A stretch of DNA of 64,000 nucleotides from a virus. Its lineage: Duplodnaviria > Caudoviricetes. The DNA lies in the IMG/VR virus record IMGVR_UViG_3300037448_000016, positions 1 to 64,000 of that record; one strand, 5' to 3'. Below the pieces are notes generated by a model. The model ran no database searches. It saw only the letters and a program-made list of their open reading frames with translations, and was not told the origin of the DNA. Positions 52,151-60,475 of the stretch are shown here, piece by piece. Positions within the stretch are counted from its first letter, which is position 1; every line of letters starts with the position of its first letter. The translations under genes and the position numbers were made by a program.

Positions 52151-53829
52151 GTCGTCGCGGGCTTAGGGGCGTTCGGGCGGCGCTTGGCCGCGCTCGCGCT
52201 GGACTGGCCGCCGGACTGGCCGCCCGGGTTCGGGTTGCCCGCTGGTTTCTTCCTGGCCGGGGCCTGCGGCTGGCCGGTCTGCGTGCCGGTCGGCCCGCCA
52301 CCGGCCGGGGCCGGGCCAGCCACCGTCGCGGCAGCCTGCCGGAACCGGTCCGCGAGCACCACGGTGGCGTCACCGGCGGCGGCGCGGGCCATCTTGTCCT
52401 CCAACATGTCCTTCCAGCGCTCCACCTCGACCGGGCTGGCGCCCCAGCGCTCCCAGAGCGCTTCCTCCGGCACGCCCAGGTCGGCCATCTTCAGCAGGGC
52501 GTCGACCAGTTCGCCCTCGGTGCGGAACTCCGGGTTGCGCCACATCGGCTCGTAGTACTGCTGGGTGTTTTTCAGGTCGCCCAGCCCGGCCAGTTTCCGG
52601 ACCTGCGTGGCGCTGCCGACCAGCCCGCCCTTGTGCCCGCGCTGGCGCTGCTTCACCTTCGCCACCAGGCCGGACTCGCTGGCCTTCAGGGTGTCGCCGT
52701 TGACGTTGTTCATCTCGCCGAGGAGGTACTGCGCTGGGGTCCGGCTGCGGGAGGCGATGTCCTTGACGTCTTCGGGCTTGGCATTGATGTAGCCCTGAAG
52801 GTCGGCCGCCGAGAACTGACCGAACCGTGTCTCGACAACCTCGGTGGTGACCATCCGGTCGCGGCCCACCTCGATCGGGGGCGTCGGGTTGCCGGAGGCG
52901 TCCTCTTCCGGCCAGCCGGTCGCCCACTTCTGCGGGAACGCGCCGTAGTCCTGCGTCATCAGCCGGTCCGCGATCGTCTTGACGATCCGGTCCTGGCTGT
53001 CGGTCAGGTCGTACAGTTCGGACTGGCCGCCGGTCAGCAGCCGGGGGTTGTTCGGCAGTTCCCAGAACGGGACGATGCCCTGCGTGTTCGGGCTGGCCGA
53101 AGCGTCCTGGTTCTGGTTACGGAACTCCCACACCGGCGACACGATCTCGGACAGGCCACCGAACTGGCTGGGGATCACCGGCATCCGGTGCTCGGAGCCG
53201 TCCGTCTGGAACTTCCAGAGCACCTTGTCCAGGTAGAGCGTGGCGAACACGACGCCGGTCCACTCGTCCTGGAAGACCTTCAGCGCCGCGCGGGCCTTGC
53301 GCCGGTTGGTGCCCGGCACGAACGCCATGATCGTCTGGCTGGAATGCTCCACCGTCCAGATCGGCGTGCTGGAGTCCTCGGGGTTCGGCGCCACCGCGAC
53401 GTAGGAGACGCCAGTGATCGCGGCCTCCAGGAATCCCATGTCCATCTGAGAGTCCATCTCGTTGGCTTCCCAGATGCGCAGCAGTTCGTCGTCCACGATC
53501 GGCATGTCCGCGTCCTCGGAGTCCGCGTCCGGTGCGATCGACCCCTGCCCGGCCGGGCCGCTGCGCCGGGTCGACAGCCGGAAACCGTCGATCGCCATCC
53601 GCTCGCACTGCGCGTCGATGACCAGGCCCATGTAGTTCGCTCGCGCCATCTTCAGGATCCGGCGGAACTCCTCGGCGGCCTGCGGCGCGAGCCACGGGAG
53701 CGGGAAGTCGCCCCGGTAGTAGTCGTCCCACTTGTTGATGAGTGGACGACGGTTGAGCAACTCCTGATACAGCCGATTGACCCACCAGACAGGCTGACCA
53801 ACCTTGTAGGCATCGAGGCTGATCGCCAT
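52147..53829 (-). CDS. portal protein (SPP1 gp6-like)
   Basis: YYRG, ANYMGLVID, GFR, SGESL-like NGDTLKASE; follows terL. Confidence 0.9.
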   Translation of the reverse strand: MAISLDAYKVGQPVWWVNRLYQELLNRRPLINKWDDYYRGDFPLPWLAPQAAEEFRRILKMARANYMGLVIDAQCERMAIDGFRLSTRRSGPAGQGSIAPDADSEDADMPIVDDELLRIWEANEMDSQMDMGFLEAAITGVSYVAVAPNPEDSSTPIWTVEHSSQTIMAFVPGTNRRKARAALKVFQDEWTGVVFATLYLDKVLWKFQTDGSEHRMPVIPSQFGGLSEIVSPVWEFRNQNQDASASPNTQGIVPFWELPNNPRLLTGGQSELYDLTDSQDRIVKTIADRLMTQDYGAFPQKWATGWPEEDASGNPTPPIEVGRDRMVTTEVVETRFGQFSAADLQGYINAKPEDVKDIASRSRTPAQYLLGEMNNVNGDTLKASESGLVAKVKQRQRGHKGGLVGSATQVRKLAGLGDLKNTQQYYEPMWRNPEFRTEGELVDALLKMADLGVPEEALWERWGASPVEVERWKDMLEDKMARAAAGDATVVLADRFRQAAATVAGPAPAGGGPTGTQTGQPQAPARKKPAGNPNPGGQSGGQSSASAAKRRPNAPKPATT

Positions 53830-53843
53830 GCCGTCCTCCAGTT

Positions 53844-55526
53844 TTAGTACGCGCGGGCCTTACCCTTGGCTCTGGTGAGGCGCCGGGCCGGTCGCCATGC
53901 GTCAGGACCGATGGCGTGAAGATCGGCGGCTGCCTCGTGGGCCAGGGTATCCGCCATCGCGATGTCAATCTTCTGGTGTGCGCTGGGCTTGCCCAGGATG
54001 TACTTGTCGCCCGGCTTGGCCACCTTCCGCGCTGAGGAGATGTGCAGCGCGGCCACCGCGTCCGCGTCGTGCGTGCTGCGGCCCGATTTCAGGTCGTTGA
54101 AGGCCCGTTTCAGCGCGAGGAACATGGCATCGATGCGCCAGGTGTTCCACTCGAAGACCTCCTCCTCGCCGTACGCCAGGGCCCAGTCACCGATCTCCGA
54201 GCGCCAGTCCCTCGGGTCGCAGTAGAAACGCCGCAGCCGGTATCGCGTGGCGATCTCGTCCACGCACGCCTGCACTTCGCCGCGCGGGATGGAGCCGCCC
54301 CACTCGGCCGGGTTCCAGTAGGCCGGGCGCCGGTCGGGGCCGTAGTGCGGGGTGAAGCGGTAGCCGTCCTGCGTCTCCAGCCGGATCGCGGTCCAGTCGT
54401 CGTTCTCTGAGCCGTCGAAGCCACCGGCGACCGCCGTGCCGTCCGGCGGCTCGGGGCGGGTCTTGTCCTCGTGAGCCTCCCAGAGCGCGTCCTCGATCCA
54501 CTGGCCGAGGCCCGCCACGATCCGGTTGCCGTAGAACCGCTCGGCCATGCCCGGGTCGGTCAGGATGATCTCTTCGGCCTCCGCGTTGACTGCGGACAGG
54601 TCGACCCACCACGAGCCCCGGTAGACGTGCCGCAGGATGCGCATCCGCTCGCGCTTGTCGGTGAACGACAGGTGCGCGGGGGCGAGCCGGTGCAGCCGGA
54701 AGATGTCCTTCTTCACCCGGCTGGACAGTTCGGTCTGCTGGGCCACCGAGTTCTCGGACGGATCCCAGCCGTTGGTCGTCTCCACCACGCGCCCGGCCAT
54801 ACCGGAGACACCACGGCGCTGGGTCTGCGCGACCTTCACCATGTTGCCGCCCTTGCCGTCTTTCGACATCGGCAGCCACAGGCCGACCTCGTCCTGCGGG
54901 ACGAACGTGACGCGCTGGCCGAGCCGGGACTGGTTGTTGCTCGTCACCCGGTCGATCCGGCCGTCTTCCGGCAGCCGGATGAACTCCTCACCGGTGCGGG
55001 GGATGACGTTGGTCAGCGGGCCTTTCTCGATCATCGGGCGCAGCGCGTCCCAGACGTTCCCGGCCTGTTCCTCGGAGAAGGCGGTGATCTGGATCAGCGG
55101 CGTCGGCCGGACGGCGCCCATCGGCTCGCCGCGCTCGTACTCGTACTCCCAGCCGCACGGGCAGCCGTTGTCGTCGCAGCGGTAGACCTCGCCGCCTTCG
55201 GCCCAGCCCGCGAACATGCTCGGGCCGACCGCTTCCAGGCAGCACTGAGCCGCCGTCATCGGGCCCTTGCCCGCCTTCTGCGGCATGACGACCTGCGAGC
55301 GCCGGTACCAGAACGCCGGGGCCCCCACCGCCGGGGAGCGGGTCAGACGCGCCGTCGGCTTCACCCGGTAGTGGTTGAGGAAAAACCACTCCTGCCAATC
55401 GGCCAGAAGATACGGCTCACCGGCCGAAAACTGGTCCGGGATAACGCAGTGCGCTTCCACCCAGTCGACCGTGATGAACATCGTCGGCCATTCGACGACG
55501 AACTGGTCCGGGTCTTGCGGCGGCAT
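53844..55526 (-). CDS. terL: terminase large subunit
   Basis: PQKAGKGP Walker A, IQITA.SEEQA, FVPQDE, GFDGSENDD.TA nuclease, KID..MA..LA. Confidence 0.92.
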   Translation of the reverse strand: MPPQDPDQFVVEWPTMFITVDWVEAHCVIPDQFSAGEPYLLADWQEWFFLNHYRVKPTARLTRSPAVGAPAFWYRRSQVVMPQKAGKGPMTAAQCCLEAVGPSMFAGWAEGGEVYRCDDNGCPCGWEYEYERGEPMGAVRPTPLIQITAFSEEQAGNVWDALRPMIEKGPLTNVIPRTGEEFIRLPEDGRIDRVTSNNQSRLGQRVTFVPQDEVGLWLPMSKDGKGGNMVKVAQTQRRGVSGMAGRVVETTNGWDPSENSVAQQTELSSRVKKDIFRLHRLAPAHLSFTDKRERMRILRHVYRGSWWVDLSAVNAEAEEIILTDPGMAERFYGNRIVAGLGQWIEDALWEAHEDKTRPEPPDGTAVAGGFDGSENDDWTAIRLETQDGYRFTPHYGPDRRPAYWNPAEWGGSIPRGEVQACVDEIATRYRLRRFYCDPRDWRSEIGDWALAYGEEEVFEWNTWRIDAMFLALKRAFNDLKSGRSTHDADAVAALHISSARKVAKPGDKYILGKPSAHQKIDIAMADTLAHEAAADLHAIGPDAWRPARRLTRAKGKARAY

Positions 55527-55828
55527 TACCGGCTCAACGCGGCGGCGCGCTCCGGGTCGAACGAGTTCGGCACGTCAACGGTCCAGCGGCTGGCCACCAG
55601 CAGGTAGTCGCCACCCTCCACCAGATCGGAGCCGCGCCGGATGTAGAACTCCGGCGGACGGTCCAGACGCAGCCGCCCACCGACCTCGCGTGCGACCTGC
55701 TCGGCCTTCACCCGGCACCGCTCGACAACGTCCGCAGCCAATGCGTTCTTCCTCGCCGTGGAGAAGAGGTTCTCGGCCAGCATCGCCTCGTTGATCGCCA
55801 GTTCGACGTCCATCTTCACGGTCTTCAC
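55526..55828 (-). CDS. hypothetical protein
   Basis: RBS GGAG; TAATG coupling to terL. Confidence 0.6.
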   Translation of the reverse strand: MKTVKMDVELAINEAMLAENLFSTARKNALAADVVERCRVKAEQVAREVGGRLRLDRPPEFYIRRGSDLVEGGDYLLVASRWTVDVPNSFDPERAAALSR

Positions 55829-55830
55829 GG

Positions 55831-56127
55831 TTACTCCAGGGTGAGCGGTGGCATCGGCCACAAGGGGATCGGCACGGCAGCCGACTGCCGGGCTCGCTGG
55901 TCCCCCACCGGCAGGATAGCGACATTGGCCCAGCGCACCGTCGTGTGACCACCGTGGCCGTGGACCGCTCGGGCCTGGTCGATCGAATCCCAGAGCGCCG
56001 TGGAGGGGGTCGCGGTCAGCCAGCGCAGCGCCACGCGCCCGTCCGTGAACTCCACCCCCTCCGCGACGATCCCCGTGCCGGACACGCCGCTGACGTCGAC
56101 CTCCCTCACCAGATGGAACGGTCGCAT
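55831..56127 (-). CDS. conserved small phage protein (DVSGVSGTG..AEGVEF.DG...HGH.G)
   Basis: Recognisable motif; TGATG coupling to terS. Confidence 0.75.
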   Translation of the reverse strand: MRPFHLVREVDVSGVSGTGIVAEGVEFTDGRVALRWLTATPSTALWDSIDQARAVHGHGGHTTVRWANVAILPVGDQRARQSAAVPIPLWPMPPLTLE

Positions 56128-56711
56128 CAGAAGGGGATATCTCCTTCGGGCTCCTGCTCGTCGCCGTGCTCGTCGGTCTTCGGCAGGTCCTCGTCGGCCG
56201 TGGGCGGCACGACGGTGAACTTGTTCCGGCTGCCCTTGGGGCGGCCGACCGGTCGGCCGGTGGGCACGTAGTTGCTCGGCGGGGCGCCGGAGCGGATCGC
56301 CGAATCGAGCAGTTCCGCTTCCCGCGTGCCGTCGATGACGTACCGGCCGCTGGCCAGCGCCGCCGGGGTGAGGAACAGGTCGTTCGACAACTGCCGGACG
56401 AACATCCGGGCCTGCGCACCGGCCTTGGGGTTCATCGCCTCCAGGTAGGTGCGGACGTAGAACGCCACCAGGTCGTTGGAGCGGTCCATCTCCCAGACCA
56501 GCGCCTGGGGGAGCGTCCACACCTCGCGCCACTTCAGCAGTTCGTCCTCGTTGGGCTCCGGAACGGCAGCGGGCCACTCCGGAGCCTCAGCGAGGCGCCC
56601 CGCCGCAGGGAGTTTCGTCCACTCCTTGCCGTCCCGGTTGCGCTTCAGTGCCTGCATGTCCGGCGCCGGTCCGCTACGGACTCGTGCGCCGCCTGATCCT
56701 GGTCCGCCCAT
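56127..56711 (-). CDS. terS: terminase small subunit (actinophage type)
   Basis: GG.GSGG.R.RSGPAPD..AL.R.R; W..W..PQA..W; L.LTP.A. Confidence 0.8.
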   Translation of the reverse strand: MGGPGSGGARVRSGPAPDMQALKRNRDGKEWTKLPAAGRLAEAPEWPAAVPEPNEDELLKWREVWTLPQALVWEMDRSNDLVAFYVRTYLEAMNPKAGAQARMFVRQLSNDLFLTPAALASGRYVIDGTREAELLDSAIRSGAPPSNYVPTGRPVGRPKGSRNKFTVVPPTADEDLPKTDEHGDEQEPEGDIPF

Positions 56712-56720
56712 CCCCCCAGA

Positions 56721-57725
56721 CTAGCGCCGCAGGTCGAAGACCTGGTTCTTGATGACCAGGGGCTTATCCTCGGGGCCGCGAACGTGGTCGTTGATCCAGA
56801 TTCGCTTGCGCTCTTTCCGGCCTTCACCGTGGGCCTGCCAGCGCCAGAACCCGCGTACCAGCCAGCGGTGCGACCACTCCACGGCGCTGCCTTCGGCCTC
56901 GTCGGGCCGCTTGGCGTACCGGTGCTTGCGCAACTCCACGACGGTCACCTTGGAGTCTTTCGGCATCCGGGCCTTCTTGAGGCCAGGCTTCACGCTGGGG
57001 TGAGGCCGCTGCGTGCTGACCACGGTGATCTGCTGGTCGATCATCAGCCAGAAGGCGTGCAGCAGCCGGGCCGTATTCGTGACGGGCATCTCCGCGATGT
57101 TGCCGCTGATCTCGACCGGATCGTGAGCGTCGCCCCGGCTGACGTATTCAGGCAGCACGGACGGCCCGAGCGACAGACCGTTGGGCCGGGAGACGATCTG
57201 GGTCCAGCGCCACCGGCCGAACACCTTCTGGCTCACGCTGGACGCCACCGCCGTGGTCACGCCTTCCTCAGGCCGGTCGACGGCGTCCATCATCAGGATG
57301 TAGGTCACTCCGGTTGCGCCAGCCCGCCAGAGGATCCAGTCGACCCAGGTATCGATCTCGCCCACGATGATGCGCAGACCGCCGTCGAACCGGACCAGCC
57401 CCGACGACGACGGCGCGAGCGCCGCATTGGTCACGTCGGACTCGTCGAGTCCCTCGGCGGCGTGCTGGATCACCTTGGTCATGTCGGCGGACACGTGGAA
57501 CGCCTCAGCGTTGCGAGCGATGACGCTGGTGTCATGGGCCAGTTCGGCAGCGATGCGGAGTTTCTCCCGCTCCTGGATCGGGAGCAGCACACCACTGAGC
57601 CGTTCCCTCGTCGCGGTCTGGTAGAAGAACCGCGCGGTGTAGATCATGAATTCGTCGTCCTGGAAGCGGCGGAGCAGATCCGCCTGCGCTTCAAGGACTT
57701 TCGCCGGTGCCATCTTCGTCGCCAT
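56721..57725 (-). CDS. hypothetical protein with C-terminal HRWLVRGFWR.Q..G.GR..RK.IWI motif
   Basis: 334-aa ORF; leaderless start 5 nt after the -10 box. Confidence 0.75.
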   Translation of the reverse strand: MATKMAPAKVLEAQADLLRRFQDDEFMIYTARFFYQTATRERLSGVLLPIQEREKLRIAAELAHDTSVIARNAEAFHVSADMTKVIQHAAEGLDESDVTNAALAPSSSGLVRFDGGLRIIVGEIDTWVDWILWRAGATGVTYILMMDAVDRPEEGVTTAVASSVSQKVFGRWRWTQIVSRPNGLSLGPSVLPEYVSRGDAHDPVEISGNIAEMPVTNTARLLHAFWLMIDQQITVVSTQRPHPSVKPGLKKARMPKDSKVTVVELRKHRYAKRPDEAEGSAVEWSHRWLVRGFWRWQAHGEGRKERKRIWINDHVRGPEDKPLVIKNQVFDLRR

Positions 57726-57730
57726 GGTTC

Positions 57731-57760
57731 ATTGTAAGCGTCCAGTCAGTGACTTGTCAA
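57731..57760 (-). promoter_or_regulatory. promoter TTGACA-N18-TACAAT, leaderless
   Basis: Near-consensus; 11-bp TGAC repeat. Confidence 0.8.
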
Positions 57761-57764
57761 CTAC

Positions 57765-57885
57765 TGGACAAATAGAGAGAGGCCGATCGCATGGCCTCTT
57801 CAGGCGTTTGCGTTCGGCCCCTCTCGGCGGCGGCCAACCCTGGGATGAGGTTTGACGACGACGACCCAGTTTCGCAGCACCGCTG
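57765..57885 (-). ncRNA. putative sRNA with GUCGUCGUCGUC loop
   Basis: Upstream TTGACA-N17-CATAGT; CUGGG/CCCAG stem with 20-nt loop; GAGA tetraloop hairpin; GAGGCC/GGCCUC terminator-like hairpin; no ORF. Confidence 0.5.
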
Positions 57886-57891
57886 TGGTCA

Positions 57892-57920
57892 ACTATGGGC
57901 GATGGTCAGCCCGTTGTCAA
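57892..57920 (-). promoter_or_regulatory. promoter TTGACA-N17-CATAGT
   Basis: TTGACAACGGGCTGACC phage motif. Confidence 0.55.
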
Positions 57921-57921
57921 C

Positions 57922-58236
57922 CTAGACGCGCGAGGTCGGCTCACCAGCCGACACCACGATCTCGGTCACCTCGCCGGTCACGACGTCAATCGCCAGGCTG
58001 CCCTGGAAATTGACCGTGCCGTCGCCGTCCGGGTCGTCGTTCACGGTCACGACGGCGGTGCCGAGGGTTCCCGTGGTGACGACCAGCGCGGTGCCGTCGC
58101 CGTTGTCGGTCAGGGTCAGGATCGACTCGTCGTCCACCGTGAACGCCAGGCCGGTCGGCTGGATCGGTACCGGGTTGCCAGCGGCATCCACACCGGAAAC
58201 GGACAGGGTGACCTGCTGGGAATCGAGCAGTTGCAT
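57922..58236 (-). CDS. small Ig-like acidic protein (the ORF may extend to 58488)
   Basis: RBS AGGAG before MQLLDSQQVTLSV..DAAGNP; beta-sandwich pattern. Confidence 0.7.
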   Translation of the reverse strand: MQLLDSQQVTLSVSGVDAAGNPVPIQPTGLAFTVDDESILTLTDNGDGTALVVTTGTLGTAVVTVNDDPDGDGTVNFQGSLAIDVVTGEVTEIVVSAGEPTSRV

Positions 58237-58844
58237 GGTGACGTCTCCTAGGTGAGCGGAACTCGCCGGGCGGTGCTTCCGCTTCCGGCGGTGAGGGTTT
58301 CCAGAGAGTGGGCGGCTGGTGACAGGACCGATCGTCCAATGCACCCCTCCACGGCGAGGCGGGCCCGCGAGCGGGACAGCGGTCGTCGTGGTGGTCACCG
58401 TCCAGCCGAGCGGGAATTGGCTCGACAGGTCCATGAGTGGCAATTCGATGACGCACCTCCCGGTAGCGAAATCAGGGTGCCACAGCAACGGCCGAACGGG
58501 CGAGTACGGACACAGAAACGGCCCACCGGGGTCGAGTCCGGTGAGCCGTCCTGCCAGACAGATAACACGCTGTCAACCGTGGCGTTTACCGGCCGCTCGC
58601 CCTGTCCGCCGTGCGGCTACGATCCAGTCATTGACCGGGCGCGATGTCGCAACGGTTTCCAGATCTGGGATCCTACACCGGATGGTGCCCGGAGCGCACC
58701 CCGCCGGGCCGGGTGGAACGACGGATCTGGAGCACCACTCCATCACCGTCGAGTGCTGGGCCGCGATCCGGGTTCCACCCCGGGCCGACCGTATGGCGCT
58801 CAGTTCGCAGTCTCTGGCCTTGCGGCGTAGTGCTGCTCACCTTC

Positions 58845-58907
58845 TGCGTGCCCCTGCCGGTCTCGAACCGGCTCGACGGGTGCTCCACCGTCTTTAACCT
58901 AATGGGC
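58845..58907 (-). ncRNA. tRNA-like module (T-arm GCCGG-TTCGAGA-CCGGC, stemless D-loop)
   Basis: GCCCAT/AGGGGC acceptor-like stem, TAGGTTAAA, GACGG/CCGTC arm. Confidence 0.5.
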
Positions 58908-59084
58908 GCGTCCGCCCGGGGCTTGCGACCGGCGGTAGGCACCGGGAGGAACCGAAGTCCCCCATCGGGGAGACGCTATGCGCCCCGAACCCATACCACC
59001 GGCCCACCAGGCACTGCCGTCCTCGGTCTCCGGGTCTGGAACCAGGTTCCTTTACGGCTGGACCTACACGCGGCAGTGCTTGGC

Positions 59085-59159
59085 TGGTGGAGCCCCAGGG
59101 AATCGAACCCCAGTCGGTTTCCGCCGAGATAACTCGGCCCCCTGCTGCCAGCGTGCCCC
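59085..59159 (-). ncRNA. tRNA-Ala-like / tmRNA tRNA-like-domain RNA with encoded ACCA
   Basis: GGGGCAC...GG-TTCGATT-CCCTG-GGGCTCC-A-CCA; G3.U70 pair; no canonical D stem or 7-nt anticodon loop. Confidence 0.65.
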
Positions 59160-59230
59160 TTGACCCTCAGCGTCCGCCGGAGGATCGCTCCAACGCTGCG
59201 AGGGTACAGCCGGTTGGGGCTGCGAGACAC

Positions 59231-59271
59231 AGTCTTCCACGCTTGACTGGACGCTGTCAAGGTTTTGTCAA
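59231..59271 (-). promoter_or_regulatory. tandem TTGACA x2 (11 bp apart); promoter TTGACA-N18-AAGACT
   Basis: Direct reading. Confidence 0.55.
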
Positions 59272-59774
59272 TTGCCAATGCGGTCTCGCTTGTCCAGGTT
59301 GCAGCCCAAATGAGCCAGTTGGACATTGGCCAGCACGTGCTTGCCACCGCGCGAAATCGGGAACCGGTGATCGAGGCTTTTGCTCGCTCGATCCGGATAC
59401 TCCAGCGTCATATCCACCAGTCCGCCGCAGAGACGGCACGTCCAGCCGTCGCGGCGGGCGACCTCCGTCAGCAGGATGCGCTCACCGGAGTCCATCTGTG
59501 CTCGGCGCCGGTGGTAGGCATCGCGGCGCCGGTCATTCCAGCCACCAGCCGATTCGTACTCGGCCGCGTAGTCCCGAGGCGGACGTGACTCTTTCAGGTG
59601 GGTGTTGCAGAGACCTTTCGCGCGATGCGGCCGGTTGCAGGATTTCCGCGAGCAACGGCGGGGGTTCGCTCGCTCCTGGCATTGCTTGCAGCAGTACAGC
59701 CTGGGGCGGCCAGATCCGGTACGGAATGGGAGCAAATTGGCGCATGGAAAGGCTTGACAGGTCGTTGTCGTCAC
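59268..59774 (-). CDS. HNH endonuclease (packaging-associated type)
   Basis: RDGWTCRLCGG...SLDHRFPISRGG.H...NVQLAHLGCN. Confidence 0.85.
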   Translation of the reverse strand: MTTTTCQAFPCANLLPFRTGSGRPRLYCCKQCQERANPRRCSRKSCNRPHRAKGLCNTHLKESRPPRDYAAEYESAGGWNDRRRDAYHRRRAQMDSGERILLTEVARRDGWTCRLCGGLVDMTLEYPDRASKSLDHRFPISRGGKHVLANVQLAHLGCNLDKRDRIGN

Positions 59775-60145
59775 GGCTTCAGCCTACCAGTTCACGCTCC
59801 CCCGTGCGACGCCCCGACAATCAACTGACAACTGACTATTTGAACCAACTTGTGGAAAAAGTGCTCTCCCCCTTAGGTCCAGGCGCGCGAGGCGGGGAGG
59901 GGGCGCCCCCCAGGGTGGGGCCCGAGCCGAGCCGGAGCCGCAGCCCCGAGGCGCCCTGTGGTCAGCCGCTTGACAAGCCGTGGTCAGCCGTGAGAGGGTG
60001 GCCCCATGCCGCAGTGAGGGGCACCCGGAAGGGGCTCGCACAGCAGCAGCAGCACCCCCGCTGCACCCCTGCACCGCACGGAGCCTCGCTCCCTCTGCAC
60101 AGCACGGGTCCGGAGGGGCAGGCACCACAGCACGGCAAGGCAGGC

Positions 60146-60176
60146 TTGACAAGCCCCTGACAAGGGCTGGTAAGGT
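60146..60176 (+). promoter_or_regulatory. promoter TTGACA-N19-TAAGGT
   Basis: TTGACAAGCCCCTGACAAG repeat. Confidence 0.6.
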
Positions 60177-60410
60177 ACGACCAGCACCACCGAGGACCGC
60201 ACTACATGCAAGAGCCGTGTGCCGAAGGCGCCCGTGAGCGGACCCCCTGCGACAGGACCCCCTTGTCGCTAGCAGGGACCTACGCTCCGAGCCACGCTAG
60301 GCCGTACGGAGGGTGAGGGTTCCCAACGCTGAAACGCGGGAACGCCGTAACCGACCACAGGGGAGTCCTGTGGGAGGGGCGTTCAAACCGGGCGGACGGA
60401 ACGCGATCCA

Positions 60411-60463
60411 CCCCCCCGGACCTACGGAACACGGTAGGCGGGCTGCGAGAGCCGCCGGGGGGG
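60411..60463 (+). repeat. diverged copy of the three-way-junction element
   Basis: CCCCCCCGG/CCGGGGGGG, CCTAC-GGAACACG-GTAGG, GGC-TGCGAGA-GCC. Confidence 0.55.
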
Positions 60464-60475
60464 CTAGTCAACGGC

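Larger units (their letters stand above)
58505..59225 (-). ncRNA. putative long structured RNA locus
   Basis: No credible ORF; upstream promoter; many long helices, C(UUCG)G and GNRA loops, two T-arm modules, terminal hairpin. Confidence 0.6.

Noticed and set aside
58252-58830. ORFs across the 58.3-59.2 kb region (e.g. 58252-58830, 58644-59132, 59087-60160)
   Set aside because: Low-complexity translations with no RBS or motifs; RNA structure explains the region better.
59085-59159. Canonical tRNA-Ala or full tmRNA gene
   Set aside because: There is no D stem and no 7-nt anticodon loop, and no mRNA-like domain or tag ORF between the 5' and 3' acceptor strands; it is reported as tRNA-like instead.
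58505-59225. Known ribozyme or SRP RNA
   Set aside because: I could not find hammerhead (CUGAnGA/GAAA) or SRP helix-8 consensus by eye; a cmscan is needed to exclude other classes.
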